Below the pieces are notes generated by a model, which was not told the origin of the DNA, searched no databases, and worked only from the letters and a program-made list of their open reading frames with translations. A stretch of DNA of 49,155 nucleotides. Source: Nemertoderma westbladi (Eukaryota > Animalia > Xenacoelomorpha). Made by a program: the position numbers and the translations under genes. The DNA lies in assembly GCA_032718475.1 (NCBI GenBank), contig JAUCBJ010007573.1:1-49155 (forward strand), in the 5' to 3' direction. Positions 1 to 11,257 of this stretch are shown here, piece after piece. Each line of letters begins with the position of its first letter. Within the stretch, counting starts at the first letter, position 1.

Positions 1-258
1 CGAAAATTCCCCCAGACGAAGGTTGGACGCGGACGAAGATTGCGCTCGGGCGAAGGTTGTAAGTGGGCGAAGGTTGCACCCAACCATCCTGTAATGGTAC
101 ATACAGTATTTTGCTCAGAATAAAATCTGCTTATGATGTAGCTACTGTAGATACCTGTTGAGGGTGTTGTTTATTACCAATAAAGGGGATGTTTATCTGA
201 AACTCTCCCCCGCCTTTTTACAGTTTTAGGTCCACGTAGCAAGACCTCTAGTTGTTGG

Positions 259-503
259 CCTTCCTAGGTAGTAGTTGTATGTGACTTGTGTAGAACTTAC
301 TGAGGTTGGGAAGTGGCTGGCCTTCCTAGGTAGTAGTTGTATGTGACTTGTGTAGAACTTACTGAGGTTGGGAAGTGGCTGGCCTTCCTAGGTAGTAGTT
401 GTATGTGACTTGTGTAGAACTTACTGAGGTTGGGAAGTGGCTGCCTTCCTAGGTAGTAGTTGTATGTGACTTGTGTAGAACTTACTGAGGTTGGGAAGTG
501 GCT
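259..503. repeat. 62-bp minisatellite, about 4 copies
   Basis: Unit ccttcctaggtagtagttgtatgtgacttgtgtagaacttactgaggttgggaagtggctgg starts at 259, 321, 383 and 444. Confidence 0.95.
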
Positions 504-615
504 GCTGTACATCACTACTGTAGTTGTTGGTGTTAGGGTGTTCTTGTTGTTAATTTCCAGTTGGGTTTTAGTTTTATAAAAGTTTAGTTTAGTTTAGATA
601 ATTTTAGCTTCATAC

Positions 616-900
616 GGCGCAGTGGCGAAGTTGGTAGAGCGTTGGACTTGGAATCTCTAGGCCTACATACCGAGTTCAATCCAACTTTCTGGTGAATATT
701 TTTGGTAGTAAGATTGGTAGTAAGCCATTCAAGGAGACAGTTAATGCGTTAGTAGACTGATAGACGTGGACCTGCGAGATTTCGCGCTTGTTTATGTTGT
801 CTTTGTATACAAATGATGAACTGGTGGCGGACTCCATATAGACCCTACTGTAGTTTTGCTTTCTACCTACTGTATACAATTAAATCTATTATAAAATGTA
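616..900 (+). mobile_element. tRNA-derived SINE-like element
   Basis: tRNA-like head with an A-box (TGGCGAAGTTGG) and a B-box (GAGTTCAATCC, 672-682), but the stems do not pair as a full cloverleaf. Followed by a non-tRNA body and an A-rich end. The 3' boundary is approximate. Confidence 0.6.
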
Positions 901-1071
901 TCCAAATTAACATTTGCACCTGCCTACCCTGATATTCCCTCGCCTACCCAACTAAAAAATCCTGGCTACGGGCCTGTCTCTGACTGACAGCTCAACAGCC
1001 CCTATAGCAATTTAGACAAAGATAGTGTTAGGTATCTGGATGTTGATATAAATGGAATTCGGAGGCGTATA

Positions 1072-1246
1072 GTGACGTCACGACCAATCACAGACCGTTT
1101 TCATATTTTGAATAATTTTTAAACTGAAAACACCAATATCTCAGCTATTTTAGCATCTTATTGAATTCTGTAAACGCCATTGTGTTTCTGTGATATTATT
1201 GCATCTAATTATTAATCTGGTTTTGAATTTGAGTTGTGAACCCCAT
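1072..1246. mobile_element. Putative right terminus of an ISL2EU-like DNA transposon
   Basis: Ends in CCCC-AT-TG like the element at 36055-42837, with TGACGTCA and CCAAT about 170 bp inside. No partner end was found. Confidence 0.35.
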
Positions 1247-1660
1247 TGATAACAATAATATTGCTAAATTGTTCTATCTGCAAGCGCACTTATCATTTTC
1301 AATGTGGTACATGTGTGGACACACAAGATATACAAAATTTTGAAAATGATATTTATTGCATACACTGTTATATAAAAATATTTCCATTTACTGATGTTTC
1401 AACTGATAATGACATATTTTTCTTTGATGATGATGCTGAAGATGATATTCTATTACCTGAAAATTATACTGATTATAATAGCACTTTTAACTATATTGAT
1501 CCAGATACAAATTTAAAAAATTACATCACAAATTGTCAATACTACGATGAACTTAAATTTAATAATACATTTAATAATATAAATAACAACAACTTATCCA
1601 TTTTTAATATAAACTGTAGGAGCCTAAAACTGAACTTTTCCGCTATTATTGACTACCTAC
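1246..1660 (+). pseudogene. CR1/L2-group LINE ORF2 N-terminal fragment (PHD-like finger plus start of the APE endonuclease)
   Basis: CSIC..H..C...C..C..FPF, then IDPD.N..CQYY and LSIFNINCRSL, the usual start of this LINE ORF2. Truncated near 1660. Confidence 0.75.
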
Positions 1661-1684
1661 AGTACTGTATCTTCACTTAACACC

Positions 1685-2557
1685 TGTATCATGCATATAT
1701 CGCGTATAATATATGGTACCGGTACACCAACTACAGTAGGGCCATGGCTTCATGTAGGCCGCGGTGTACAGTACTACTGTACAGCAAGAAAACCTAAAGA
1801 TAATAAAGCTAGCCTAGCGCCATCTACAGGTAGCAAGGCGTAATAAGCTACTGTATGTACAATAGCTCACATCCCCTTTCGAGTCCCAGGAATAATTTTC
1901 TGGGGCTATCAAAATGTCCGTAAGTGTCCGAAAGTCTGGGTGCTGGCGTGGTCAGTCCATCGCGCAGCACGAGCAAGGCTCAAATTACTTTCAGTTTCAG
2001 TCCGTGAATTACGGGTTGTACCCCAGAGCCGCTGGGGGGCGCCGTTGTCGCCGTGGGTAACGATCAGTAGTGGGAGCGGCGCGCGCGGGGATGGGTTTGG
2101 TGGTCACCAAGGTGGGGGACCAATGGACACACTTGGGCGAGGGTTCCGTGCTCGGCGTGGTGTCCCTGGTGGCGGTGTCTGAGCTCATGGTGTCCGATGT
2201 GGCGGAGTTGTCCCGCAACAGGTGGCGGCGGTTCCGGACAAGGGAAGGTCCGGATGGCAATCGGACTACGTATTTACGGAGGGGCCAGGTTTCAGCGATG
2301 GTGCTGGCCTGGTCCCAGCCCAGTGTCCAGTTCGCGGGTGCTGGATTCGGACAGGATCGCCGACTGCGAGGGCGGGGAGCGTCCGGGCTCCTTGGTTTGT
2401 AGGTCCGTTTGCGGCTTGCCGCGATGGTGGGTGTCGCGAGGTTGAGGGCTGTCCGTGCCGCCTGGTGGGTGCGCGTGAAGGCGGAGTGGTGTCCGGGAAC
2501 GTGAGTGCGGACCGGGTGTCCAACCAAGATTTCGGCTGGGGATATCCCGTGCCTCCA
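1685..2557 (-). mobile_element. Gypsy LTR retrotransposon 3' fragment (frameshifted integrase C-terminus, PPT, probable 3' LTR)
   Basis: GC-rich island. Minus-strand frames give SPAEILVGHPVRTHVP, LPALAVGDPVRIQ and RKYVVRLPSG..VRNRRHL..RYPRRQRRPP. PPT GAAAGGGGA (1880-1872) is followed by TG. The left boundary is uncertain. Confidence 0.75.
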
Positions 2558-2559
2558 CA

Positions 2560-2845
2560 AAAAATTCCAACGAAATTGCTAATATATTTAACGAACACTT
2601 TGCCGCCATAGGTTCAAAATTATCTGAAAATATTCCAAAAAGTAATAGAAATCCAACTCGTTTTATAACGCACCGCAAAGCAAATTCATTTTCTGAAACT
2701 ACTGAAGCAGAAGTAATATATAATATATTAGACTTAGACAGTAACTGTGCCACCAATGACAAATTTCCAATTATATAAATTAATTAAAATAGCTGCTTAC
2801 GATATCTAGCCCCCCATATAACATATTTAATTAATTTATCAATAC
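2560..2845 (+). pseudogene. LINE ORF2 fragment upstream of RT (host of the BEL insertion, left part)
   Basis: Translates NEIANIFNEHFAAIGSKLSENIP...TTEAEVIYNILDL...LAPHITYLINLSI and continues after the LTR element at 9902. Confidence 0.8.
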
Positions 2846-3193
2846 TGTCTTGAGCGGACCATGATAACAAGCCTCAATTCACAGTCTTTTCAAGTAGTTT
2901 ACGCACCCCTTCAAAGTCATAAACCATACAGTTCTCTACAAGCACCAGTATAATTTTAGCTTCTTCCATGTAAAAATGTCTGAAACAGATCAAACTTTTT
3001 CCCTGCTGAATTTGACCTTTATTCCACCGTCTTCCGACATCGTGTGGTATACATTAGAACTACATATTATTCAGAAGTGGTTACATGGTTTGGTTATATA
3101 ACATTACTATAGTTATACATATTTGTTAGTTTCTACACACATGCGTTTAGTTAATGTAATAGATTTGTGTTAGATACGCTCACTGACGTGACA
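2846..3193 (-). repeat. 3' LTR of the BEL/Pao element (348 bp)
   Basis: Bounded by the TSD and the PPT, with TG..CA ends. Confidence 0.9.
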
Positions 3194-3314
3194 TTCCCCC
3201 TTCAAACAAATTATAGTTTATATTCTCAGCATGATATACTATGACATAATTAGAAGATCTACGTTCAGGTTAAATTATAATATTTACTGTTCTTATTACA
3301 TTTACTCTATAGTT

Positions 3315-6300
3315 TTAATTAAATGGTATTAGAAGTACCATGTCAGAGATGGCTCTCTCATATATGGTTCGTTTGACAATACCTTTGAGGTCCGACCCAG
3401 GTTTGACTTTGCAGACTTCAAGGTCAGCAGAACGTACCAAACCATCTGTGTTACATTTGACATTAATTACCCGGGCCATAGGCCACGCATTTCGTTTTAT
3501 GGTTTTATCTCTTAAGAGAACTATGTCTCCTTTTTTTAAATTTGTTTTCGACATTGTCCATTTGTGGCGAATTTGTAAAGTCTGTAGATAACCTTCGCGC
3601 CATCTCTTCCAAAACTCATCAGCTAGATGTTGAACTCTTCTCCATCGATTCTTACCATAGGCTAGAATATCTTCCTTGGAAAAGTTCTCAATTGGAGAAG
3701 GATGAGGATTATCCTTTAGCGTTAATAACATTGCTGGTGATATTGGCTGTGGATCATTAGGGTCATAAGATACTTCCCACATCGGGGTAGAGTTCACAAT
3801 TGCCGCCGCTTCCCAGAGGAAAGTGTGAAGCTCGTCTCTTGATAGTAGTCGAGGACCTATTTCCATTAGAGTTGAATCGATTATTCTACGAATGGATCCG
3901 ATTTTCCTTTCCCAAACTCCACCAAAGTGCGAGGCATAAGGAGGATTTAAATCCCAAGTACAGTTGTGGTTCTTTAGTTCCTTCTGAATAACATCTAAAT
4001 TTATATTGGCGTCTTGATTTCTGGCTCCTATGAAATTAGATCCATGGTCACTACGTAAGTGTTGACAGCTACCACGGATTGATAGAAACCTGGAGAAAGC
4101 ATTTTTGAAACTAGATGTATCCATTAGAGGGAGGAGTTCTATATGTACAGCTCTGGAAACCAAACAAGTTAGAAGCAGGCACCATACTTTCCTTTCTGCT
4201 TTGTTTCGACGAGTAGTATTTCCCTCTCTAATGTGCCAAGGTCCCATCACGTCGAATCCTGTGTTGGAAAATGGTGCTGACTGTTCAAGACGATCTGCAG
4301 GGAGATCCGCCATTATTTGAGTAATAAACTTTCCACGTTGTTTTTTACATGATACACAATTTGCAAGATGTTCACGTATCATTGTTCTACCACTTTCTAT
4401 ATGAAAGCCGTTTTCTCTAATTGCACCATGTGTAATATGGCGTCCCTGATGATGTGTCAATGTATGAAAATGGTTCAGAATAGCAACTGTGAGTTTGTGA
4501 TCTTTAGGAAGTAGGAGAGGATGCCTTGCATCGAAAGAAACATCTGCGTGTCTCAACCGACCTCCGACACGTATTAATTGGTTTTCATCAATGACAGGAC
4601 AAAGTTTACTCAATGGATGAGCCTCTGGAACAGGTTTTCCATCAGATAAACTACTAATAATGTCGCTATATCTGCTTTGTTGAGCATCCTTCACTAAAAT
4701 CCTTATAGCTTCTTTATGAAGATTTGAAGTGGATCGTGGTGCTAAGGAAATTCCAAGCTTTTGGCGTATCTTATCAACTTTCAATCTGATCATTGATAGA
4801 ATTCTTTCAATAGTATTTACCATTATGGACCACTTACTAACTCTTAAAAACAATGAATCAATTAAAGTATTGGATTTATTAAATGACTTCAACGTCAAAA
4901 GTGATATTTTTTCCAGTCTCTTTTCTATTATAACCTCTGGTAGATTTACTAAAGGAATTGGCTCATAATCTTCTTGCTTTAGATTTTCTTGCCATAGAAA
5001 GTTGGGACCTTTTAACCATGATGTAGCAAGAAGAGAAGAGGGGTCCATCGGACGTGTAGTCATATCTGCAGGGTTATCTGATGAGTTAATATAGTACCAT
5101 TGACTATAAACAGATGTGTTTAAGATAAGTTCAACTCTCCGGGTAACGTATTTGGAGAAACGTCTTTCTTCATTTGATAAGTACCCCAATACTACCTTGC
5201 TATCACTATAAAAGTAAATCCTTGTTGGTTTGGTGCTAAGTTCTGATATAGTAACCTCTACGGCATGGGCGCAGTCTGTTGCAGCACATAATTCTAGTCT
5301 TGGTATTGAAGTTGCAGATCTTGGTGCTACTTTGGCATCTGCACACAATAACGATACATGTATATTGGAATTAGTGCTTTTTGAACGCATATATAAGACA
5401 CAGCCAATTGCATCTTTTGATGCATCAGCAAATGCGTGAAGCTCTTGTTCATTAACCTCACCGAAGGTTGATGGATAGAAACATCTCGGTATACATATTT
5501 TGTCTAACTTATTAAGAGATTGTTTCCAATTTTCCCAGGATGTTCTATAAGATTCCGGAAGTGGGTCATCCCATCCAGAGTTATCAAGACCATTTGCTGA
5601 TTGTGTCTTAGGGGGGATAACTTCTCTCTGAAAGAGTCTGCCTGCTAATACAATAGGACAAACAAATCCTATGGGGTCAAAAATGGTATTTATCACTGAG
5701 AGAATACCTCGTTTTGTGAATGGTTTATCAGGTATAGACACTGAAATAATGAAACTATCGGTATTTATGTCCCATGCAACACCAAGAGCTCGTTGTATAG
5801 GGGCATCATCGAAATCAATGTGTGCTAAGTCAGTTGCGCATTCTGACTTTGGAAAAGCATCTAAAACTTCTTTTTTATTAGATACTATTTTATGTAGTCT
5901 TATATGGAATCTTTCTAGGGTTGATTTCGCACTGGCTAGAGTCTCTATTGCTGAAGTTACTGTAGCAGCACAGCCTAAACCATCATCAACATAAAAGTTA
6001 TCATTTATATAAGTCTTTGCTTTTGGTATGATTTGACTGTGGAGGTTTGGGGTTGTATTGACTAATTCATCTGAAGATTCTATTTCAGTTGCATACCGTA
6101 GTCCAAATATTGCTATAGGTGGACTAGGTTTATTACCGAAAATATGGACTCTGGCACGATACTGAACAATTTTCTTGTTAGGATCATTATCTTCAAACCA
6201 GTAGAAACGGAGAAAATCTCGATGTTCCTTATTTAAATGAAAGGAATGAAACATTGATTCTATGTCAGCAACAAATGCTACAGGGTGTTCTCTAAATCTC

Positions 6301-6567
6301 ATAAGTACTCCGCGTAATCTGTTATTTTGGTCTGGTCCTGAAAGAAGAACAGAGTTCAAACTAACACCATGATAAGAAGCAGAACTATCAAAGACAATTC
6401 GTAATTTCTTTCTTGGATGAGTGACGGGAAAAACTGGGAGGTACCAGCACTTTCCTTGTGTACAAATCAATTCTGTAGTTGGAATTACTTCTATATGGCG
6501 AGCATTTATAGATTTTTCCATAAATTTTATCGAATCTGAAAGTTTGTCTGGTTCCCGCTTTAAGCGT
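3315..6567 (-). CDS. BEL/Pao pol: reverse transcriptase, RNase H, integrase (3' part of the interrupted polyprotein)
   Basis: RT: LRIVFDSS, ADIESMFH, FYVDDGL. Pao RNase H: LHAFADAS, IPRLELCAA, SDSKVVL, NPADMTTR. Integrase: HHCC, GFDVMGP, RSDHGSNF, GGVWERKI. The frame stays open upstream of the Met at 6521 to the insertion junction. Confidence 0.93.
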
Positions 6568-7837
6568 TGTGGGGCGAGCCACGAAGTTGGCGGAGCCTTA
6601 GCGAATTGACACTGTTAGGGGGTGGGTCAATTTATGCAAATAGTTGTCGTCGTCGTCGTCGTCGTCGTTGTCGTCGTCGTCGTTGTCGTCGTCGTCGTTG
6701 TCGTCGTCGTTACGATTTTGACATGCTAATAACTTTGTCGGATTTAAAGCTGCCAAGTTGAAAATTTGTAGGTATCAATATAAGCAAAAGTTGAGATTTT
6801 TGAGAGACTTTCAGACACCATCAGTGCAATGGTCTCCCGCTAGAGGGCCACATGTCTAAACATTAAATGGCCACCCATTTCTTTGCTTTTAATCCGTTTA
6901 AGCTGAAACTTGGGAAGTATGTACTAGACCATTAGCTGTAAATTTCAAAGGAGGCTAATCTGTCTGCAGTTCTCCAGTCTGCCGCTAGAGGGCGAAATGT
7001 CCCGAATGTGAAATTATTCTTCCATTTAGTTGTTTATGATCTGATTACGCTGAAACTTGTCATATATGTACTAGATGACATCCTGAGTCTTTGTGTGGAT
7101 TGTAATCGGTCCGAAGTTTTCCAGTCTCCCGCTAGAGGGCCACATGTCTAAACATTAAATGGCCACCCATTTCTTTGCTTTTAATCCGTTTAAGCTGAAA
7201 CTTGAGAAGTATGTACTAGACCATTAGCTGTAAATTTCAAAGGAGGCTAATCTGTCTGCAGTTCTCCAGTCTGCCGCTAGAGGGCGAAATGTCCCGAATG
7301 TGAAATTATTCTTCCATTTAGTTGTTTATGATCTGATTACGCTGAAACTTGTCATATATGTACTAGAAGACATCCTAAGTCTTTGTGTGGACAGTAATCG
7401 GTCCGGAGTTTTCGAGTCTGCCGCTAGAGGGCGAAATGTAGGAAAGTGATAACCTTTGCGAATTCCTTGATCTTAATCTATTTAAGCTGAATTTTGGAAT
7501 ATACAGTACCGGTATGTACTAGACCACATGCCTCGTCTTTGTGAGGAAGGTGATCGATCCGTAGTTCTTTAATATGCCGCTAGAGGGCTAAATGTATGAA
7601 AGTGAAAACCTTCCAACATTTCGTTATTTATGATCCGTCAATCGGAAACTTGGTAGATATGTAATAGACCATAGGCTGTGGCTTTGTAGGGAAACTAATC
7701 CTTCCTTCTTCAGTTACCCAGTCTCCCGCTAGAGGGTTAACGTTTTCCGGGAAAATCTTCTCCTATGTTTTTATAATCCTTTCGAGTTGATACTTAGCAT
7801 TAACTCATTTCACGTGCTGCGCGAAGGCCCCACTTCG
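6568..7837 (+). mobile_element. Non-autonomous DINE-1/Helentron-like (pearl-like) element with (GTC)n microsatellite and about 146-bp core tandem repeats
   Basis: Removing 1270 bp restores the BEL frame (NTL-QRLKRE). Inserted at T^T, or alternatively a TGT duplication. Short subterminal IRs GTGGGGC/GCCCCAC, terminal hairpins, (GTC)n at about 6645-6710 and 7 core units. The family assignment is inferred from architecture. Confidence 0.7.
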
Positions 7838-9354
7838 TGTAGTGTATTATTTGTTCTATTAAATACAGCTGCCCTGTTATCAGGTAGAGATGGATCTTCC
7901 ATTTTAAAAGGCAGTGGCATCTCTAAGTGCCCTTCTTGATTTATATGAATTGCTTTTCCCATTTTATCTAAGAATAGTCTATCTTGAATAGAAAAGCCGG
8001 GCATTTCATCATCGCGATACCGTTTGAATATCTCATTAATTTGATGTCTATCATCATTGTGTTCTGGAAGAAATAAATTACTCCCTTTGGGTTGAAATGT
8101 TAATTTGGCCGAATAGTGATCATGAATCGTGCTGGTGCGTAGGGTTCGAAAATCATCATTATTTTCGGGAATATTATTGGGACAAGCTTGGCCAACTAAT
8201 GCCCATCCTAGGGCTGTGTGGTGAACAAATGGTGCCGTTTCATTAAGACACTCTGTAGCAAGAATATTACCACCATCTTGTCCTATAAGTAGAAGGACTT
8301 CCGCATCACCATCTTTTTCAAGAAAATTATCTGCATATTGTGCAATATGATAATGAGAACGTACTATAGCAGGGGTTGCAACTTCGTCTCTTGTGTCTGG
8401 GATTGCTATACTTCCATATAGCTTTGGTAATGGAAAAGAGTTATTCTCCCTTACACCAGAAACAATGAGACCCTCTACGAGCATGCCTTTGCATGGAGTT
8501 CTGAGACCTCCCAAAGTTGTGATGTAGTAGTCATACTCTGGTGACTTCACTCCAAGAGACTTAAATAGTTTTGGATCAGCGAATGAGGTTGTGGATTGTT
8601 CATCAATGATTGCATAACACCTTAGGTTTTGTGACTGACCCCTGGTTCTTACATTGACAAGCATTGTTTTACCACAAGTTCTTATATAATGTTTATTTCC
8701 ACAAGCAGCAGTACATAGAGTAGATGGCTTACTTTCATTTACATTTTGTCTTTTTTCGGCAGTATCTTTAGAATCAATCTCTTTAGAAATGGTGTCTTTA
8801 GAAACGTTATACTTACTTGGATTACCACTATTTATAGGCGTCTTTGAAGGTGTAAAATATTTCACAGTTTTGGAGTGTAAACCTGGGTGTAGAATGGTGG
8901 TATGTTTCGTTGAGCCACACGTATGACAAGAGACTCTGACGGAACACTGGTCGGCATAGTGATCTCCTTGACAACGGAAACATAGTTTATTTTCTTGGAG
9001 AAACTTGCGTTTGTCTTCTAACGTAAGATTACCAAAGGTTCGGCATTCTAGTAATACATGATTAGAGGCTTTATGGAAAGCACACGTATTTTCATTTATT
9101 GTTTTGTTGTTACCAATCATATTTGTTGCAAGAGTACGGGCTGGTTTTGATATGTAATTGGTTCTCATTCTATTACTAACAGATGGCTGATGAGAGTAAT
9201 AACTAGAGTTAGGATTGGGACTTGTAATAGTTGTAAAGTGTAGATTACAAAGTTCTCTTGTTATTTTTTGAAGAAATTGAACAAAAAATGAAAAAGGCGG
9301 ATGTATACTATTATGGGCCTGTTCAAATTGTATGCCTTCCTTTCTCCACGAAGT
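7838..9354 (-). CDS. BEL/Pao gag C-terminus (three Cys-His knuckles) and aspartic protease, 5'-truncated
   Basis: CAFHKASNHVLLEC, CFRCQGDHYADQC, CHTCGSTKHTTILH and protease motif AIIDEQSTTSF. The frame is open upstream of Met 9168 to about 9354 (SWRKEG..HPPFSFFVQFL). Confidence 0.88.
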
Positions 9355-9618
9355 ACCGTCTTTTTACCACTCCCTAATAATCGTGTTCAATTATATCTTT
9401 AATTAACTATTATAAGAATATTGGATTAATAACTGTGTTTTATTAATTATTGAGCATGGGTTTGAAGGGGTGCGTAAACTACTTGAAAAGACTGTACTTC
9501 CTATATTATTTGAACAATAATAACTCCTAAGTATAATATAATATTGTTGGATATTGTAATTACGTTTTTCAATATATAAGGATTTTCTACCCATATCTGT
9601 CTTTCTATTTGCTATTCG

Positions 9619-9901
9619 TCAAAGTCATAAACCATACAGTTCTCTACAAGCACCAGTATAATTTTAGCTTCTTCCATGTAAAAATGTCTGAAACAGATCA
9701 AACTTTTTCCCTGCTGAATTTGACCTTTATTCCACCGTCTTCCGACATCGTGTGGTATACATTAGAACTACATATTATTCAGAAGTGGTTACATGGTTTG
9801 GTTATATAACATTACTATAGTTATACATATTTGTTAGTTTCTACACACATGCGTTTAGTTAATGTAATAGATTTGTGTTAGATACGCTCACTGACGTGAC
9901 A
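9619..9901 (-). repeat. 5' LTR of the BEL/Pao element (collinear part)
   Basis: Direct repeat of 2911-3193. Confidence 0.9.
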
Positions 9902-10205
9902 AATACAACATGGCTTCTTCCCCAAAATATTAAAACGTACGAAAATTACACCCATTTACAAAAACGGAGATCCTACTGACAGACTAACAAAAATAATTAC
10001 CGTCCCATATCTATTCTACCACTATCAGACTATTTAGTAAATTATACGAACAGATAATTAATACACAATTACCAGATTACTGAGCAACCTAAACAAATAC
10101 TGTACTCTATATTATGCGACTCCCAATACGGATTTAGAAAAAAATTAACTACAACAGATGCCATACTAACAATAACAGAACGCCTACAAGAAGCACTAGA
10201 CTCAC
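9902..10205 (+). pseudogene. LINE RT fragment (host of the BEL insertion, right part)
   Basis: QHGFFPKILKRTKITPIYKNGD..NNYRPISILP..FSKLYEQII..QYGFRKK.TTTDAIL, with frameshifts. Confidence 0.8.
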
Positions 10206-10654
10206 AGACAGACAGAATACTGCGAACATCCATATACCAGTATACTGAAGGATAGATACTGTATGCTGGTATGCTACGTATAGGCTACGTTATGTAGGCT
10301 AACCGGTTAAATTTTAAACTGAAAAATCGTAAATCTGTAAATTAAGCAATTAATGTAGGCCTACTGCAGGCAGTACTGGTACTGCCTACCATGACCACCT
10401 ACGAGCGATTGGCGAAAGATAAAGGTAGGCAGGTAGGGCTGTAGCTGTAGGGTACCTACTTAATTTTTTTTAATACGGTAGGCCTAAGCTAGGCCTAAAT
10501 ACTGAAATATATTTTTTTTAAATTTTAGATAATCTCCGGCTCCGACCAAATCCCAACTTCGATCGAGCCCTACTGGCAGGGACTGGACTGCTGGATGTGG
10601 ATAGTCATAGTGTGAAAGCCAAAAGCGGCCTAATAAAGCAGCGAGTGTTGACGA

Positions 10655-11072
10655 GCATAACGAGTGTTGAAAATTAACACGATTAAAAAATATCGAGAGT
10701 AAAAATAACGCGAGATGAAAAATATCGAAAATATCGAGTGTTGAAAAATATCGAGTGTTGAAAAATATCGAGAGTAAAAATATCCAGAGATATTTTTACT
10801 CTCGATAGCACGATAGCCTATTTTTCAACATTAGATATTTCTACTCTTGATATTTTTCAACACTCCATATTTTTCAACACTCGATAGGCCTATTTTTCAA
10901 CACTCGATATTTTTACTCTCGATATTTTTCGACACTCGATATTTTTCAACACTCGATATTTTTACTCTCGATATTTTTTGAACTCTCGATATTATCGTTA
11001 TTTTTCAACATTCGATTATATTCTCGCGTTATTTTTACTCTCGATATTTTTCATGTCTCGATATTTTTCAAT
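10655..11072. repeat. Foldback array of short AAAAATATCGAG(TGTTG/AGT) units, probable MITE
   Basis: Units run forward to about 10790, then in reverse complement (ACTCGATATTTTT) to about 11070. Confidence 0.75.
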
Positions 11073-11257
11073 ATAACCCCCCTACCCATCCATACCCAGA
11101 TACCCATACCACCATTCTGCCATGATGTTATGTAGGGTAGGCCTATGTATTTATCGGTCACCGCTCACCGTCAAACCGTTACCGGTATTTGTTATCATTA
11201 ATATCATTCTACATCTACATATTTAACTAGGCCTATTTCTTGCTCCAGTAACTCAAA

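Larger units (their letters stand above)
2846..9901 (-). mobile_element. BEL/Pao LTR retrotransposon with 5-bp TSD AATAC
   Basis: TG...CA termini. AATAC at 2841-2845 and 9902-9906. 283 bp of LTR sequence looks identical between 2911-3193 and 9619-9901. PPT (minus GAAGGGGGAA) at 3194-3203. Order gag-PR-RT-RH-IN. Confidence 0.95.

Noticed and set aside
259-503. Possible CRISPR array
   Set aside because: Contiguous tandem units with no unique spacers, no cas genes and a eukaryotic context. The same applies to the other arrays.
616-690. Functional tRNA gene
   Set aside because: A and B boxes are present, but the acceptor and anticodon stems do not pair and there is no terminator right after. 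It fits a SINE head better.
1940-2611. Several overlapping plus-strand ORFs
   Set aside because: A by-product of the high GC content of the minus-strand Gypsy fragment.
6567-6761. Arg-rich protamine-like ORF
   Set aside because: Translation of the (GTC)n microsatellite.
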